From a bacterium (GTDB lineage Bacteria > Patescibacteriota > Minisyncoccia > Phycocordibacterales > CAIRYW01): a DNA stretch of 37,796 nt. Positions 19,630 to 27,779 of the stretch are shown piece by piece. How positions within the stretch are numbered: the stretch's first letter is position 1; each line of letters opens with the position of its first letter. The notes beneath the pieces were generated by a model. The model had not been told where the DNA came from and did no database searches. It saw only the letters and a program-made list of their open reading frames with translations. Location of the stretch: the NCBI GenBank assembly GCA_043744615.1, contig JAYTUJ010000005.1, forward strand, positions 1 to 37,796. The letters are read 5' to 3'. The position numbers and the translations under genes are program-made.

Positions 19630-20436
19630 TTACATAGATTGCAAAAGTGTTCCAATTTGAAGCACATCAACATGGTACACAAATACAACAAGCATCCCTA
19701 ACACAAGAAAAGGTGCAAATGGAATTTCACTTTTCATACTTAAACCATGTTTTGATTTTGAGGTCATTCGTTGGTATATAAGTAATCCAACACTAATCAC
19801 CGCACCGATCCAAAATGAAATTACAATTGCTGACAAAGCTTGAATTGCTCCAAGCGTAAACCCAATACCCGCTGCAAGTTTTGCATCTCCAAAACCCATC
19901 AATCTACCTTTTGAAAGAAGCCAAAATAAACCGAAGACTGCAAAAAAGATGATTCCCCCGTATAAAAATAATGAACCTAGATACAATGCTCGAATAAATG
20001 AAAGAAGAATAAATGTGTAGACCATTGCATCAGGAATAATTTTGTGTCGAGTGTCGTATACAACAATAACAGTCAGTAAACAAATTGAGATCAGAAAAAA
20101 TAAAAAGTTTGCTATTGAAGCAAGGGTTGCAACAGGTGCTAACACTTGATATGCCAAGACAAACAATAATCCTGTCGAAATTTCTACAAGAATATATTGT
20201 GGGGATATTTTAGTTTTACATACCCGACATCGCCCTTTTAGAAAAAGAAAACTGAGGATGGGAAATAAATCTTTTGAGGTTAACGTGGTCCGGCAAGACA
20301 AGCAATAAGAACGTCCTTTGACGATTGTCTTGCCGGTATTGTACCTAAGAATAACCACATTCAGAAAACTTCCAACAATAATACCCAATCCGCATAATCC
20401 GATAATACTTAGTTGTGTGATAAATTCTGCTGACAT
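19630..20436 (-). CDS. pilD: Prepilin peptidase / N-methyltransferase (A24 family)
   Basis: 268 aa. N-terminal CLSC...CRVC zinc motif, a polytopic body and ...GFGDAKL... (catalytic Asp region). Confidence 0.92.
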   Translation of the reverse strand: MSAEFITQLSIIGLCGLGIIVGSFLNVVILRYNTGKTIVKGRSYCLSCRTTLTSKDLFPILSFLFLKGRCRVCKTKISPQYILVEISTGLLFVLAYQVLAPVATLASIANFLFFLISICLLTVIVVYDTRHKIIPDAMVYTFILLSFIRALYLGSLFLYGGIIFFAVFGLFWLLSKGRLMGFGDAKLAAGIGFTLGAIQALSAIVISFWIGAVISVGLLIYQRMTSKSKHGLSMKSEIPFAPFLVLGMLVVFVYHVDVLQIGTLLQSM

Positions 20437-20449
20437 ATTAAAATAATTA

Positions 20450-20911
20450 TTAACTTTTTATATCGTACACTTTGTTTGTAGTGGATTCGCTTGAAGTGTC
20501 GTCGTCTTTTAATAATGCAGAACTTGGGGTTTCAAGTGTTGCATGAAGCCAAAAATGTCTGTAAGGTGATGACCCGACAACTTCGTATGAATACGGCGTA
20601 CCCGCTGGCGAAATTTCAGACGTTGGTTGTACGGGAGTAGTTTGTAAATATGTTGTTAACCCTGAATCGTTTAAGTCAGCTGGGTATGTGCCATTTTGAT
20701 CAAAATAAATTTCAAGTGCTTGCTCAATTTGTTTCATATCAGCAATTCGTTTGCCATCTCGCCCCCCTGCCCGAGTTGATGATAATGAAGCCATAACTAC
20801 TGCAGTTAAAATACCGATAATTGCAATTGTTACGAGTAGCTCGATAAGAGTAAAACCTTGTTTGTGAAAATATTTGTGTATTTTTTTGTCAGAAAAAAAA
20901 GATAAGCTCAT
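20450..20911 (-). CDS. Type IV pilin / GspG-like pseudopilin (second pilin)
   Basis: MSLSFFSDKKIHKYFHKQGFTLIELLVTIAIIGILTAVV...GRDGKRIADMKQIEQALEIYFDQNGTYP. The first 16 codons of the track ORF lie inside the upstream terminator hairpin, so the start is moved to the ATG at 20911. Confidence 0.8.
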   Translation of the reverse strand: MSLSFFSDKKIHKYFHKQGFTLIELLVTIAIIGILTAVVMASLSSTRAGGRDGKRIADMKQIEQALEIYFDQNGTYPADLNDSGLTTYLQTTPVQPTSEISPAGTPYSYEVVGSSPYRHFWLHATLETPSSALLKDDDTSSESTTNKVYDIKS

Positions 20912-20944
20912 AGATATATAATACCACAAAAAATATTTAAAAAT

Positions 20945-20976
20945 AAAAAACCTCGGCATTTATGCCGAGGTTTTTT
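20945..20976 (-). terminator. Rho-independent terminator/attenuator after the major pilin gene
   Basis: CCTCGGCA / TTTA / TGCCGAGG (8-bp stem), flanked by A6 and T6. Confidence 0.75.
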
Positions 20977-21009
20977 ATTTTAGAAAAATTCTAAAGAATT
21001 AGACTAAAA

Positions 21010-21435
21010 TTAGTATTTTGTACAACCAGTTTCTGTACAAACAATGTTTGATCCGTCTCCATAAGCACCGTAAGAAAATGTTCCGTTTGCAGTAGAACTT
21101 GTAGTAGTAGCTGAACTACTGTAATTCCAACCTGTTGGTAATGTTAACCAAGTGGTTGATGAGTTTGCACAAATATATTGAGTTGCTACTGGTAAACCTG
21201 GGTTAGCAAAGGCAGTAACGCTGGCTGATGTAGAGTTAGTTCCTAGAGACTTACCATCATCCATACAAACTTGTGCTCCTGGTCGAAGACTATCAAGTGA
21301 TGCTTGAGCTGAAGCAACTCGTGCTTTAACTCGAGCTGAGTTAAGTGATGCTAATACTACTGATGACAAAATACCGATGATTGCGATTACCACAAGGAGT
21401 TCAATCAATGTGAAACCTTTTTTAAGATTCTTCAT
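21010..21435 (-). CDS. pilA: Major type IV pilin
   Basis: 141 aa. MKNLKKGFTLIELLVVIAIIGILSSVVLASL, short leader, Glu5 and C-terminal Cys pairs (...VCTETGCTKY). It has its own long upstream region and a terminator. Confidence 0.85.
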   Translation of the reverse strand: MKNLKKGFTLIELLVVIAIIGILSSVVLASLNSARVKARVASAQASLDSLRPGAQVCMDDGKSLGTNSTSASVTAFANPGLPVATQYICANSSTTWLTLPTGWNYSSSATTTSSTANGTFSYGAYGDGSNIVCTETGCTKY

Positions 21436-21531
21436 TCTAATTAAAATAATTTACTAAAACTGATAACTAATAAAAGTACACGTACGTACACTTTACAATT
21501 TTTGCGACCGGGTTTGTATCCCTTAGTCGTA

Positions 21532-21537
21532 ATTATA
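21532..21537 (-). promoter_or_regulatory. -10 TATAAT candidate for pilA
   Basis: The minus strand reads TGTTATATAAT, about 95 nt upstream of the pilA ATG. The -35 is weak (TTATGG at 17-nt spacing). Confidence 0.35.
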
Positions 21538-21575
21538 TAACAATTAAAATTAAACCATAATTTACAACGCGAAAC

Positions 21576-21586
21576 TGTGGATAACT
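21576..21586 (-). promoter_or_regulatory. AGTTATCCACA motif, copy 2
   Basis: Identical 11-mer to 10983-10993 in the same orientation relative to the downstream gene. It is followed 8 nt later by TTGTAA. Confidence 0.35.
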
Positions 21587-21590
21587 GTTG

Positions 21591-21603
21591 AGAACAGTGT
21601 TCT
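21591..21603. promoter_or_regulatory. 13-bp perfect palindrome AGAACAgTGTTCT (candidate operator)
   Basis: Read directly from the sequence, between the pilC stop and the pilA promoter region. The loop is too short for an RNA hairpin. Confidence 0.3.
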
Positions 21604-21610
21604 GTAAAAT

Positions 21611-22819
21611 TTAAATCGCAGCAGAGATATTATAAATTGGAATCAGTACTGATGCTAAAAGAAAACCAACACCGAGACCGAGCAATACAATCATGGCAGG
21701 TTCGATAAGATCAACAAGTGTGTCTACTGCGTTAATTACTTCTCGTTGATAAAATTTAGCGAGTGTATCAAAAATGTGTCCGAGTTCTCCGGTTTCTTCA
21801 CCGACTTTTGCCATTTGCGACATAATTGATGGAATCTCTTTGTGTTTTCCAAGGGCTTCAGAAAGAGGTGCTCCCCCTTTTACATCTTCGAGTACTGCAT
21901 TTAAAATATTTTCATAAATTGCATTGTCTACTACGGTTGCAGTAAGTTCGACAGTACGAATCATTGGAATTCCTGATGTAAGCATTGTGCTGACGTTGTC
22001 GGCAATACGAGACAAATATAATTTTGTATACAAATTTCCTAAATATGGAAACGTTAGTTTGAGTCGTCCAAATGTTTCTTTTCCGTCTCGTGTTTGGCTA
22101 TATCTGAATAAAAAGAATCCACCCCCAACAAGAACAACTAAAAAGAATGGCCAGTAGTTAACCAAAAAATTACTAAGACCGATTACAAACTTGGTATATG
22201 AAGGAACTTCTTGCCCACCGTCGGTAAGAATTTTACTAATTTTTGGAATTACTAATGTAAGCATCAAGATCATTACCGTTACGAATGTAAACACAACGAA
22301 TGCCGGGTAGATAAGGGCATTTTTTGCTTTAGAAGTAACACTGTAGTTTCGATCAAGGTAATCAGCAAGATATGAAAAGGTTTGATCAAGACGTCCTGAT
22401 TCTTCACCCGACTTAACCATGTTAACGTAAAAGTTTGAAAAAACTTCTGGATGTTTACTGAGAGCTTTTGAAATCGCACTTCCTGATTGCAATTCGTCGG
22501 CAACTTCAGTTAATTTTTTTCGAAGCGGAAGACTTTCACTTTCTGCAGCAAGTAATCGAAACACCCGAAGCGCAGAAACTTGCGCACTAAACAATGTCGC
22601 CATTTGGCGCGACAAAATTACAATATCTTTTATTTTTACATGATTAAAGATACCGATGCTTCGCCCCAATAAAGGTCTGTCTTGATCTGAAGGTTTAACC
22701 GAGGTTATCATTAAACCTCGTCGTTGAAGTGAACTAATCGCAATATCAATGTTTACGGCATCAATTGCACCTTCACTTTCTTTCCCTTGCCCATCTACTG
22801 CTTTGTAATTAAATAACAT
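21611..22819 (-). CDS. pilC: Type IV pilus platform protein (GspF family)
   Basis: 402 aa with two T2SSF repeats and 3 TM segments. Confidence 0.93.
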   Translation of the reverse strand: MLFNYKAVDGQGKESEGAIDAVNIDIAISSLQRRGLMITSVKPSDQDRPLLGRSIGIFNHVKIKDIVILSRQMATLFSAQVSALRVFRLLAAESESLPLRKKLTEVADELQSGSAISKALSKHPEVFSNFYVNMVKSGEESGRLDQTFSYLADYLDRNYSVTSKAKNALIYPAFVVFTFVTVMILMLTLVIPKISKILTDGGQEVPSYTKFVIGLSNFLVNYWPFFLVVLVGGGFFLFRYSQTRDGKETFGRLKLTFPYLGNLYTKLYLSRIADNVSTMLTSGIPMIRTVELTATVVDNAIYENILNAVLEDVKGGAPLSEALGKHKEIPSIMSQMAKVGEETGELGHIFDTLAKFYQREVINAVDTLVDLIEPAMIVLLGLGVGFLLASVLIPIYNISAAI

Positions 22820-22831
22820 AAATTATATGTT

Positions 22832-23899
22832 TTATAAAAGTCGCTCAAGCAACTTAGGATTAAATGCGTGGCGGTATGCATCTTCAATGGTGATTTGACC
22901 AGAACGAACAAGCTCTGCGATTGAACGGTTCATATCGATCATTCCATTTTCGGCACCAGTTTCGATAATTGTTGCAATTTCATGTGTTCGTTTTTCACGA
23001 ATCAGGTTTGATACTGCATTGTTTGCAATCATTAATTCATACGCAGGAATTTGTCCTCCGGATATTCGTGGAATGAGTCGTTGTGAAAACACACCCGCGA
23101 GTGAACCAGCGAGTTGAATTCGAATTTGATTTTGTTGTTCAGCAGGAAACGAGTCGATAATACGGTCAATTGTTTGTGGTGCATTATTTGTATGTAATGT
23201 TGAAAATACCAAGTGCCCTGTTTCGGCGGCGGTTACCGCCGCCGCCATTGTTTCGGCATCTCGCATTTCACCAAGCAAAATTACGTTTACGTCTTGCCGA
23301 AGTACGTGTGTGAGCGCAGTACTAAAACCATTTGTATCAACACGAACTTCTCGTTGGTCGATGATTGATTTTTTTTGTGTATAAATATATTCAATTGGAT
23401 CTTCAATAGTTACAATGTGTTCTGCACGTTCTTGATTGATCAGTTCAATCATTGCAGCAAGTGTTGTACTCTTTCCTTGTCCAACAGGTCCAACTACCAA
23501 AAAGAAACCTTGTTCTCGTCGTGCAAATTCTGCAAGTGCATCAGGAAGATTAAGTTCGGCAAATGTTTTTATTTTATTTGGAATCAGTCGAAGAACCAAA
23601 CTGACATGACCTTGTTGAAAAAATCCGTTTCCTCGAAAACGTCCGTGCTCACCAAAATCGTAAGAGAAATCAACTTCTTTTGTTTCTTCAAAACGTTTTA
23701 CGTTTTCAGCAGATGTCATTAATTTTAAAAATTCTGAAGTATCGTCTCGTGTTAACAGAGGTTTTTTTGCAAGCGGAATAAGTGATCCTGAAATACGAAT
23801 CGTTGGATGCCGACCTTCTGACAAGTGAAGATCTGAACCTGATTCTCGAAAAACTGTTTCGAGTAATTCGTGTAATTCTGTTTTGTAATCTTTATTCAT
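22832..23899 (-). CDS. pilT: Type IV pilus retraction ATPase
   Basis: 355 aa. Walker A GPVGQGKSTT, ...AAETGHLVFSTLHT... and the PilT signature AVSNLIREKRTHEI. Confidence 0.93.
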   Translation of the reverse strand: MNKDYKTELHELLETVFRESGSDLHLSEGRHPTIRISGSLIPLAKKPLLTRDDTSEFLKLMTSAENVKRFEETKEVDFSYDFGEHGRFRGNGFFQQGHVSLVLRLIPNKIKTFAELNLPDALAEFARREQGFFLVVGPVGQGKSTTLAAMIELINQERAEHIVTIEDPIEYIYTQKKSIIDQREVRVDTNGFSTALTHVLRQDVNVILLGEMRDAETMAAAVTAAETGHLVFSTLHTNNAPQTIDRIIDSFPAEQQNQIRIQLAGSLAGVFSQRLIPRISGGQIPAYELMIANNAVSNLIREKRTHEIATIIETGAENGMIDMNRSIAELVRSGQITIEDAYRHAFNPKLLERLL

Positions 23900-24299
23900 G
23901 TTTGTGTTCGTTAATTATCGACATTACTTCTTTTAATACTTCTGATGGAATGGTCATCGCCTTTACAATATATCCATTTACCCCTATTTGCTGTGCGCGC
24001 TCGATGTCTGAAGATTGCCCCTGATTTGAAAGTACTATCGTAATGGCTTCGGGTGCAATTTTTTCTTTTTTTACGGCATCTAAAAATTCAATTCCGTCCA
24101 TTCCCGGCAAAATTAAGTCGGTAATAATAACATCAGGAATATATCCTTGTCTTATTTTTTCGAGAGCATCTTGAGAACGCATTGACGTAGTAACTTCGAA
24201 CCCTTCTTTTTCAAACTTCATGCCATACATGTTTAAAAGAAAACGGTCGTCGTCGATAAGAAAGACTTTCTTTTTTGTTGTATCAGAGGTGCTTGTCAT
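23892..24299 (-). CDS. Single-domain response regulator (CheY-like receiver)
   Basis: 135 aa. Acidic pocket LIDDD, phospho-acceptor region VIITDLILPGMDG, LSN and YIVKA (conserved Lys). Its 3' end overlaps the pilT start by 8 nt. Confidence 0.85.
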   Translation of the reverse strand: MTSTSDTTKKKVFLIDDDRFLLNMYGMKFEKEGFEVTTSMRSQDALEKIRQGYIPDVIITDLILPGMDGIEFLDAVKKEKIAPEAITIVLSNQGQSSDIERAQQIGVNGYIVKAMTIPSEVLKEVMSIINEHKHE

Positions 24300-24333
24300 A
24301 TTGTATAAATTATATCACAAACATATTACGAAA

Positions 24334-26055
24334 TTATAATTTATTTGCTTCTTCAATTGGTACAATTTTTTGGAAAGCTTTAATGATGGCGTCTTCTTTC
24401 ATAGTAATCATTCCACGAGCTCGTACAATCTTAATAATTTCTGGTTCAGTTGGATTAGAAAGAATAACGCGTTCTAAATCTTTATCCATTTTATATACTT
24501 CAAAAACAGCTTGTCGTCCAAGAATACCTTTTGGATATTCGGGCGTTGGTTTGATTCCCAAAACTTCATCTGACCACGGAATATCTTTTTTAAATTCTTC
24601 AGGAAGATCAGCGAACTGTTTTTCAATCATAATTTTTAGACTATCTTCAACTTTCATTGGAATACCACCGGTCGGAGGAATTTTTCCAACGAGTCGTTGT
24701 GCCATTCCTAAAATAAGAGTAGGTGCGATTAGATATGGATCGATTCCCATATCAACAAGTCGAGGAACAATACCGACACCACTGTTGGTGTGAATTGTTG
24801 ATAACACCAAGTGTCCTGTAAGAGCGGCTTGGATTGCAAGTTGTGCAGTTTCTTTATCTCGGATTTCTCCTACTAAAATAACATCAGGGTCTTGTCGCAA
24901 TGTGGTACGCAATCCAGATGCAAAGGTGTATCCGATTTCAGAATGAACTTGTGATTGACTTACCCCTTCGATATTGTATTCAACCGGATCTTCAAGTGAA
25001 AGCACGTTAAGTTCGGCACGATTAATTTCGTTAAGCATTGAATATAATGTTGTTGTTTTTCCAGAACCAGTTGGACCAGAAATTAAAATGAGTCCGTATG
25101 GTCGATTGAGTGCTTCACGAAGCATCTCAAGCGGACGCGGTAAAATACCAAGGGTATCAAGGCTTTTTACGCCTTTTTCTTGATCCAAGATTCGCATTAC
25201 AATTTTTTCACCAAAATATGTTGGGAAGGTAGAAACTCGAAAATCAATTTTTCGCCCGTCGATACGAGCCGAAAAACGGCCGTCTTGTGGCTTTCGTTTT
25301 TCGTCCAATTTCATGTTTGAAAGAATTTTGATTCGAGCAGCAACCGCAGAGTGAATTTTTATCGGCAACAAAATACTGGTGTGCAAAATACCGTCGACTC
25401 GAAATCGAACTTGTGTTTTTTCACGCATCGGCTCAACGTGCACGTCTGATGCTCCCCCTTCAATTGCATATCGAAGAATGGTTGCAACAATTTTTGTTAC
25501 GGGCGCATCTTCAATAATGTTTGTTTGATTTATTTTTGAAGCAACGTCTTCGGTTTTTTGTCGATTGATTTCTATTTCTTCATCAGAAAGATCTTCTTCG
25601 AGCTCAGAAAGCGCCTTAGTAACCTCACCCGATAAACCTTTATATGATTTGAGTAGATTTTCAAAATCACTTTCGGAAATTAAAAAAAGTTTATAAGGTA
25701 AATTTATTTTTGTTGAAATAAAGTTAAGTGCATCACGTGCATCGATATTTTCTGGATCAACAATTCCAATCTCAAGAATTCCATCAGTGATTCCAATTGG
25801 TGCAAAGCGATAATGTTTTGCGGATTCTTCGGGAACATTTTTAAGAATTTCAAAAGAAACATCAACTCCGTCTAAACTTTTTTTAGGGATTTGAAGGTAA
25901 TCACTTTTTGCGGTTAAAATTTCTTCTTCAGGAACTCCTTTTTGTTTTAAAGCTGTTTCAATATCAACACCATTTGCAGAAACATCTTGCATAACCGCAG
26001 AAGCGGTGTCTTCGTTGATGACGTTTCGATTTAAAAGAATATCAACAATGCTCAT
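24334..26055 (-). CDS. pilB: Type IV pilus extension ATPase (GspE family)
   Basis: 573 aa. T2SSE_N-like N-terminus, Walker A GPTGSGKTTT, Asp box, Walker B ...DPDVILVGEIRD..., His box ...TGHLVLSTIHT. Confidence 0.93.
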   Translation of the reverse strand: MSIVDILLNRNVINEDTASAVMQDVSANGVDIETALKQKGVPEEEILTAKSDYLQIPKKSLDGVDVSFEILKNVPEESAKHYRFAPIGITDGILEIGIVDPENIDARDALNFISTKINLPYKLFLISESDFENLLKSYKGLSGEVTKALSELEEDLSDEEIEINRQKTEDVASKINQTNIIEDAPVTKIVATILRYAIEGGASDVHVEPMREKTQVRFRVDGILHTSILLPIKIHSAVAARIKILSNMKLDEKRKPQDGRFSARIDGRKIDFRVSTFPTYFGEKIVMRILDQEKGVKSLDTLGILPRPLEMLREALNRPYGLILISGPTGSGKTTTLYSMLNEINRAELNVLSLEDPVEYNIEGVSQSQVHSEIGYTFASGLRTTLRQDPDVILVGEIRDKETAQLAIQAALTGHLVLSTIHTNSGVGIVPRLVDMGIDPYLIAPTLILGMAQRLVGKIPPTGGIPMKVEDSLKIMIEKQFADLPEEFKKDIPWSDEVLGIKPTPEYPKGILGRQAVFEVYKMDKDLERVILSNPTEPEIIKIVRARGMITMKEDAIIKAFQKIVPIEEANKL

Positions 26056-26060
26056 ATTTA

Positions 26061-26531
26061 TTATTGTACCTTAGCTGCGGGTTTTGTGCTTGGTTTTGTT
26101 GTAGGTTTAGTTGTTGACTTACTTGTTGTTGCAGCAGAAGTTGTTGTATCGCTAGAAAATTCAAATTGTCCTTCAGTAGAAGTGTTTGTATCGGTTGTTG
26201 ATGTAGATGTTTGTGTTGATACAGGAATATCGTATCCAATTGGTGAAAATGGGTTTGTTCTTCCTCTGTCTTCTTTTTGAATTGGAATACCTTTGTCTGA
26301 CAAACTTCTAAATACAGGGTCAGCAAAAATAGAATCGTCGAGCTTTATTTGTTTTAGCTGATTAAGTAGTGTAATAAAATCTTGCCCGATTTTATCTCTT
26401 GAAGAACTTGCATTTGCACCATTTGTTGCAGAATTTTTTCTTGCCGAATACGATGAGTATCCTGCATATATAACAAACGCAACAATGATTACGATAAGGG
26501 GTGTTTTTATTTTTTTAAATATGTCTGACAT
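26061..26531 (-). CDS. N-terminally anchored protein with a Thr/Ser/Lys-rich tail (occupies the PilP slot)
   Basis: 156 aa. One TM (LIVIIVAFVIYAGY). The C-terminus reads STQTSTSTTDTNTSTEGQFEFSSDTTTSAATTSKSTTKPTTKPSTKPAAKVQ. Confidence 0.6.
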   Translation of the reverse strand: MSDIFKKIKTPLIVIIVAFVIYAGYSSYSARKNSATNGANASSSRDKIGQDFITLLNQLKQIKLDDSIFADPVFRSLSDKGIPIQKEDRGRTNPFSPIGYDIPVSTQTSTSTTDTNTSTEGQFEFSSDTTTSAATTSKSTTKPTTKPSTKPAAKVQ

Positions 26532-26532
26532 A

Positions 26533-27069
26533 TTATTTTAACCAATAGGTTTTTATTGAAACATTATAATTGTTCGACACGGTTCCTGTTTTTAAGGTTA
26601 ACGAAGTTACATCAACGATACGGATACTTTTTTCAAGCTGCACTAAAAAATCGATAAATTGATCGTACGATGCAGAAACTGAAAACGAAAGACCGATTGA
26701 TTTGTATAATTTTTTATCGGGCCCTAAACTAGTATCTTTTGCAGAATCACCTTCATTAATTTTTATCCCCTCAAGAATCATCCCCCGATCTTTTGCTAAT
26801 TGATCAATGTCGTTAATAAGTTTTACGTTATCAACACTATCTGGCAAAAGAGTTAAAATTTTATTTTTATCTTCAGGCTTAATATTATTATACTTTTTTT
26901 CTCCGAGATCTTTTCGTCGAGAAACAATATTTTGTGAATTTGAAAGTGCATTATCGTAACCAGCTTGAGTTACTTGAAGGGCTTTGATGTCGGTATATTT
27001 TGAATCTGTGTATCCAAAAAATAACCCGACTGCTGCGATTATTAAAATAATTGGTGTGAGGCCTCTCAT
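26533..27069 (-). CDS. pilO: PilO-like pilus alignment protein
   Basis: Start moved to the ATG at 27069 (MRGLTPIILIIAAVGLFF...), 1 nt after the upstream stop. It has one TM, a coiled region and ...LSFSVSASYDQFIDFLVQLEKSIRIVDVTSL..., typical of PilO. Confidence 0.6.
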   Translation of the reverse strand: MRGLTPIILIIAAVGLFFGYTDSKYTDIKALQVTQAGYDNALSNSQNIVSRRKDLGEKKYNNIKPEDKNKILTLLPDSVDNVKLINDIDQLAKDRGMILEGIKINEGDSAKDTSLGPDKKLYKSIGLSFSVSASYDQFIDFLVQLEKSIRIVDVTSLTLKTGTVSNNYNVSIKTYWLK

Positions 27070-27070
27070 A

Positions 27071-27730
27071 TTAGTTGGGGGGTTGATTAGTTGTATTTGC
27101 TTCTGTTGGTGCAGACGGAGCAGGTCGGATAGTCTTTTTATAAAGTGCGAAGTCTGAATCAACGTGTGCAGTTAAAGAAAACCCAACAGGCTTTTCAGTA
27201 TTAATACTTTTTGCATCACGAACTGTTCGAGAAAAATCAGTAAACAAAAAATCTCGCAAAATACGATTTTCTGTAAAAATTTGTGATTGATATGCAATTG
27301 AGTTATACCCTTTTGCCTCACCTTTTATTGATAGATCAACTTTTCCATCAGAGTTAAGTTTGTAATCAAACGAAGTGTAATCAATTGTTTTTAATGTAGC
27401 GTCTTGTAAGTATGAAAATATTAATGAAGCAGCAACATGTGAATTAAGTAATTGTTTTGCGGTTTCAATACGATTATCAAGACGACTGTATGTTTCAATT
27501 GTTGTTGGCTCAAAAGCTTTGCGGGTTTTTTCGAGACTTGTAATTTTAGAATCGATTTGTTGTTTTAGATATTTTTCAAAAGCATAAGCACCACCCGCAC
27601 CCACAACACTAACGATAAAAAGAAAGGTCGCAATAATAGACAAAATACTTACAGGCCTCTTTGTTGAAATACTTGAGGTTTGTTGTATCGGCGCTTTTGG
27701 AATGAACGATGTTTGATATCTACTTTCCAT
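27071..27730 (-). CDS. pilN: PilN-like bitopic pilus alignment protein
   Basis: 219 aa with a single TM (ILSIIATFLFIVSVVGAGGAYAF). Assigned mainly by its position between pilM and pilO. Confidence 0.5.
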   Translation of the reverse strand: MESRYQTSFIPKAPIQQTSSISTKRPVSILSIIATFLFIVSVVGAGGAYAFEKYLKQQIDSKITSLEKTRKAFEPTTIETYSRLDNRIETAKQLLNSHVAASLIFSYLQDATLKTIDYTSFDYKLNSDGKVDLSIKGEAKGYNSIAYQSQIFTENRILRDFLFTDFSRTVRDAKSINTEKPVGFSLTAHVDSDFALYKKTIRPAPSAPTEANTTNQPPN

Positions 27731-27779
27731 ACATTTATATAAATAATTGTATCACAGACTCTATTAATTTACGTCAACA

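Noticed and set aside
20912-20959. N-terminal extension MPRFFIFKYFLWYYIS of the second pilin ORF
   Set aside because: These codons are the terminator stem-loop of pilA. The internal ATG at 20911 gives a normal prepilin leader.
23224-23244. 21-bp GC-only palindrome cggcggcggtTaccgccgccg inside pilT. Similar ones are gccgcgac-ttc-gtcgcggc in ligA (15772-15790) and one in the comF inverted-repeat spacer.
   Set aside because: The pilT copy encodes the conserved AAAVTAAE(TGH) segment and the ligA copy lies in conserved coding sequence. Three short GC palindromes without shared sequence are not enough to call a repeat family. Only the unusual GC-rich Ala codon choice is worth noting.
26042-26326. 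94-aa Gln-rich ORF overlapping the 26061-26531 gene in another frame
   Set aside because: It is a low-complexity shadow of the Thr/Ser-rich coding repeat, and it overlaps the pilB start.
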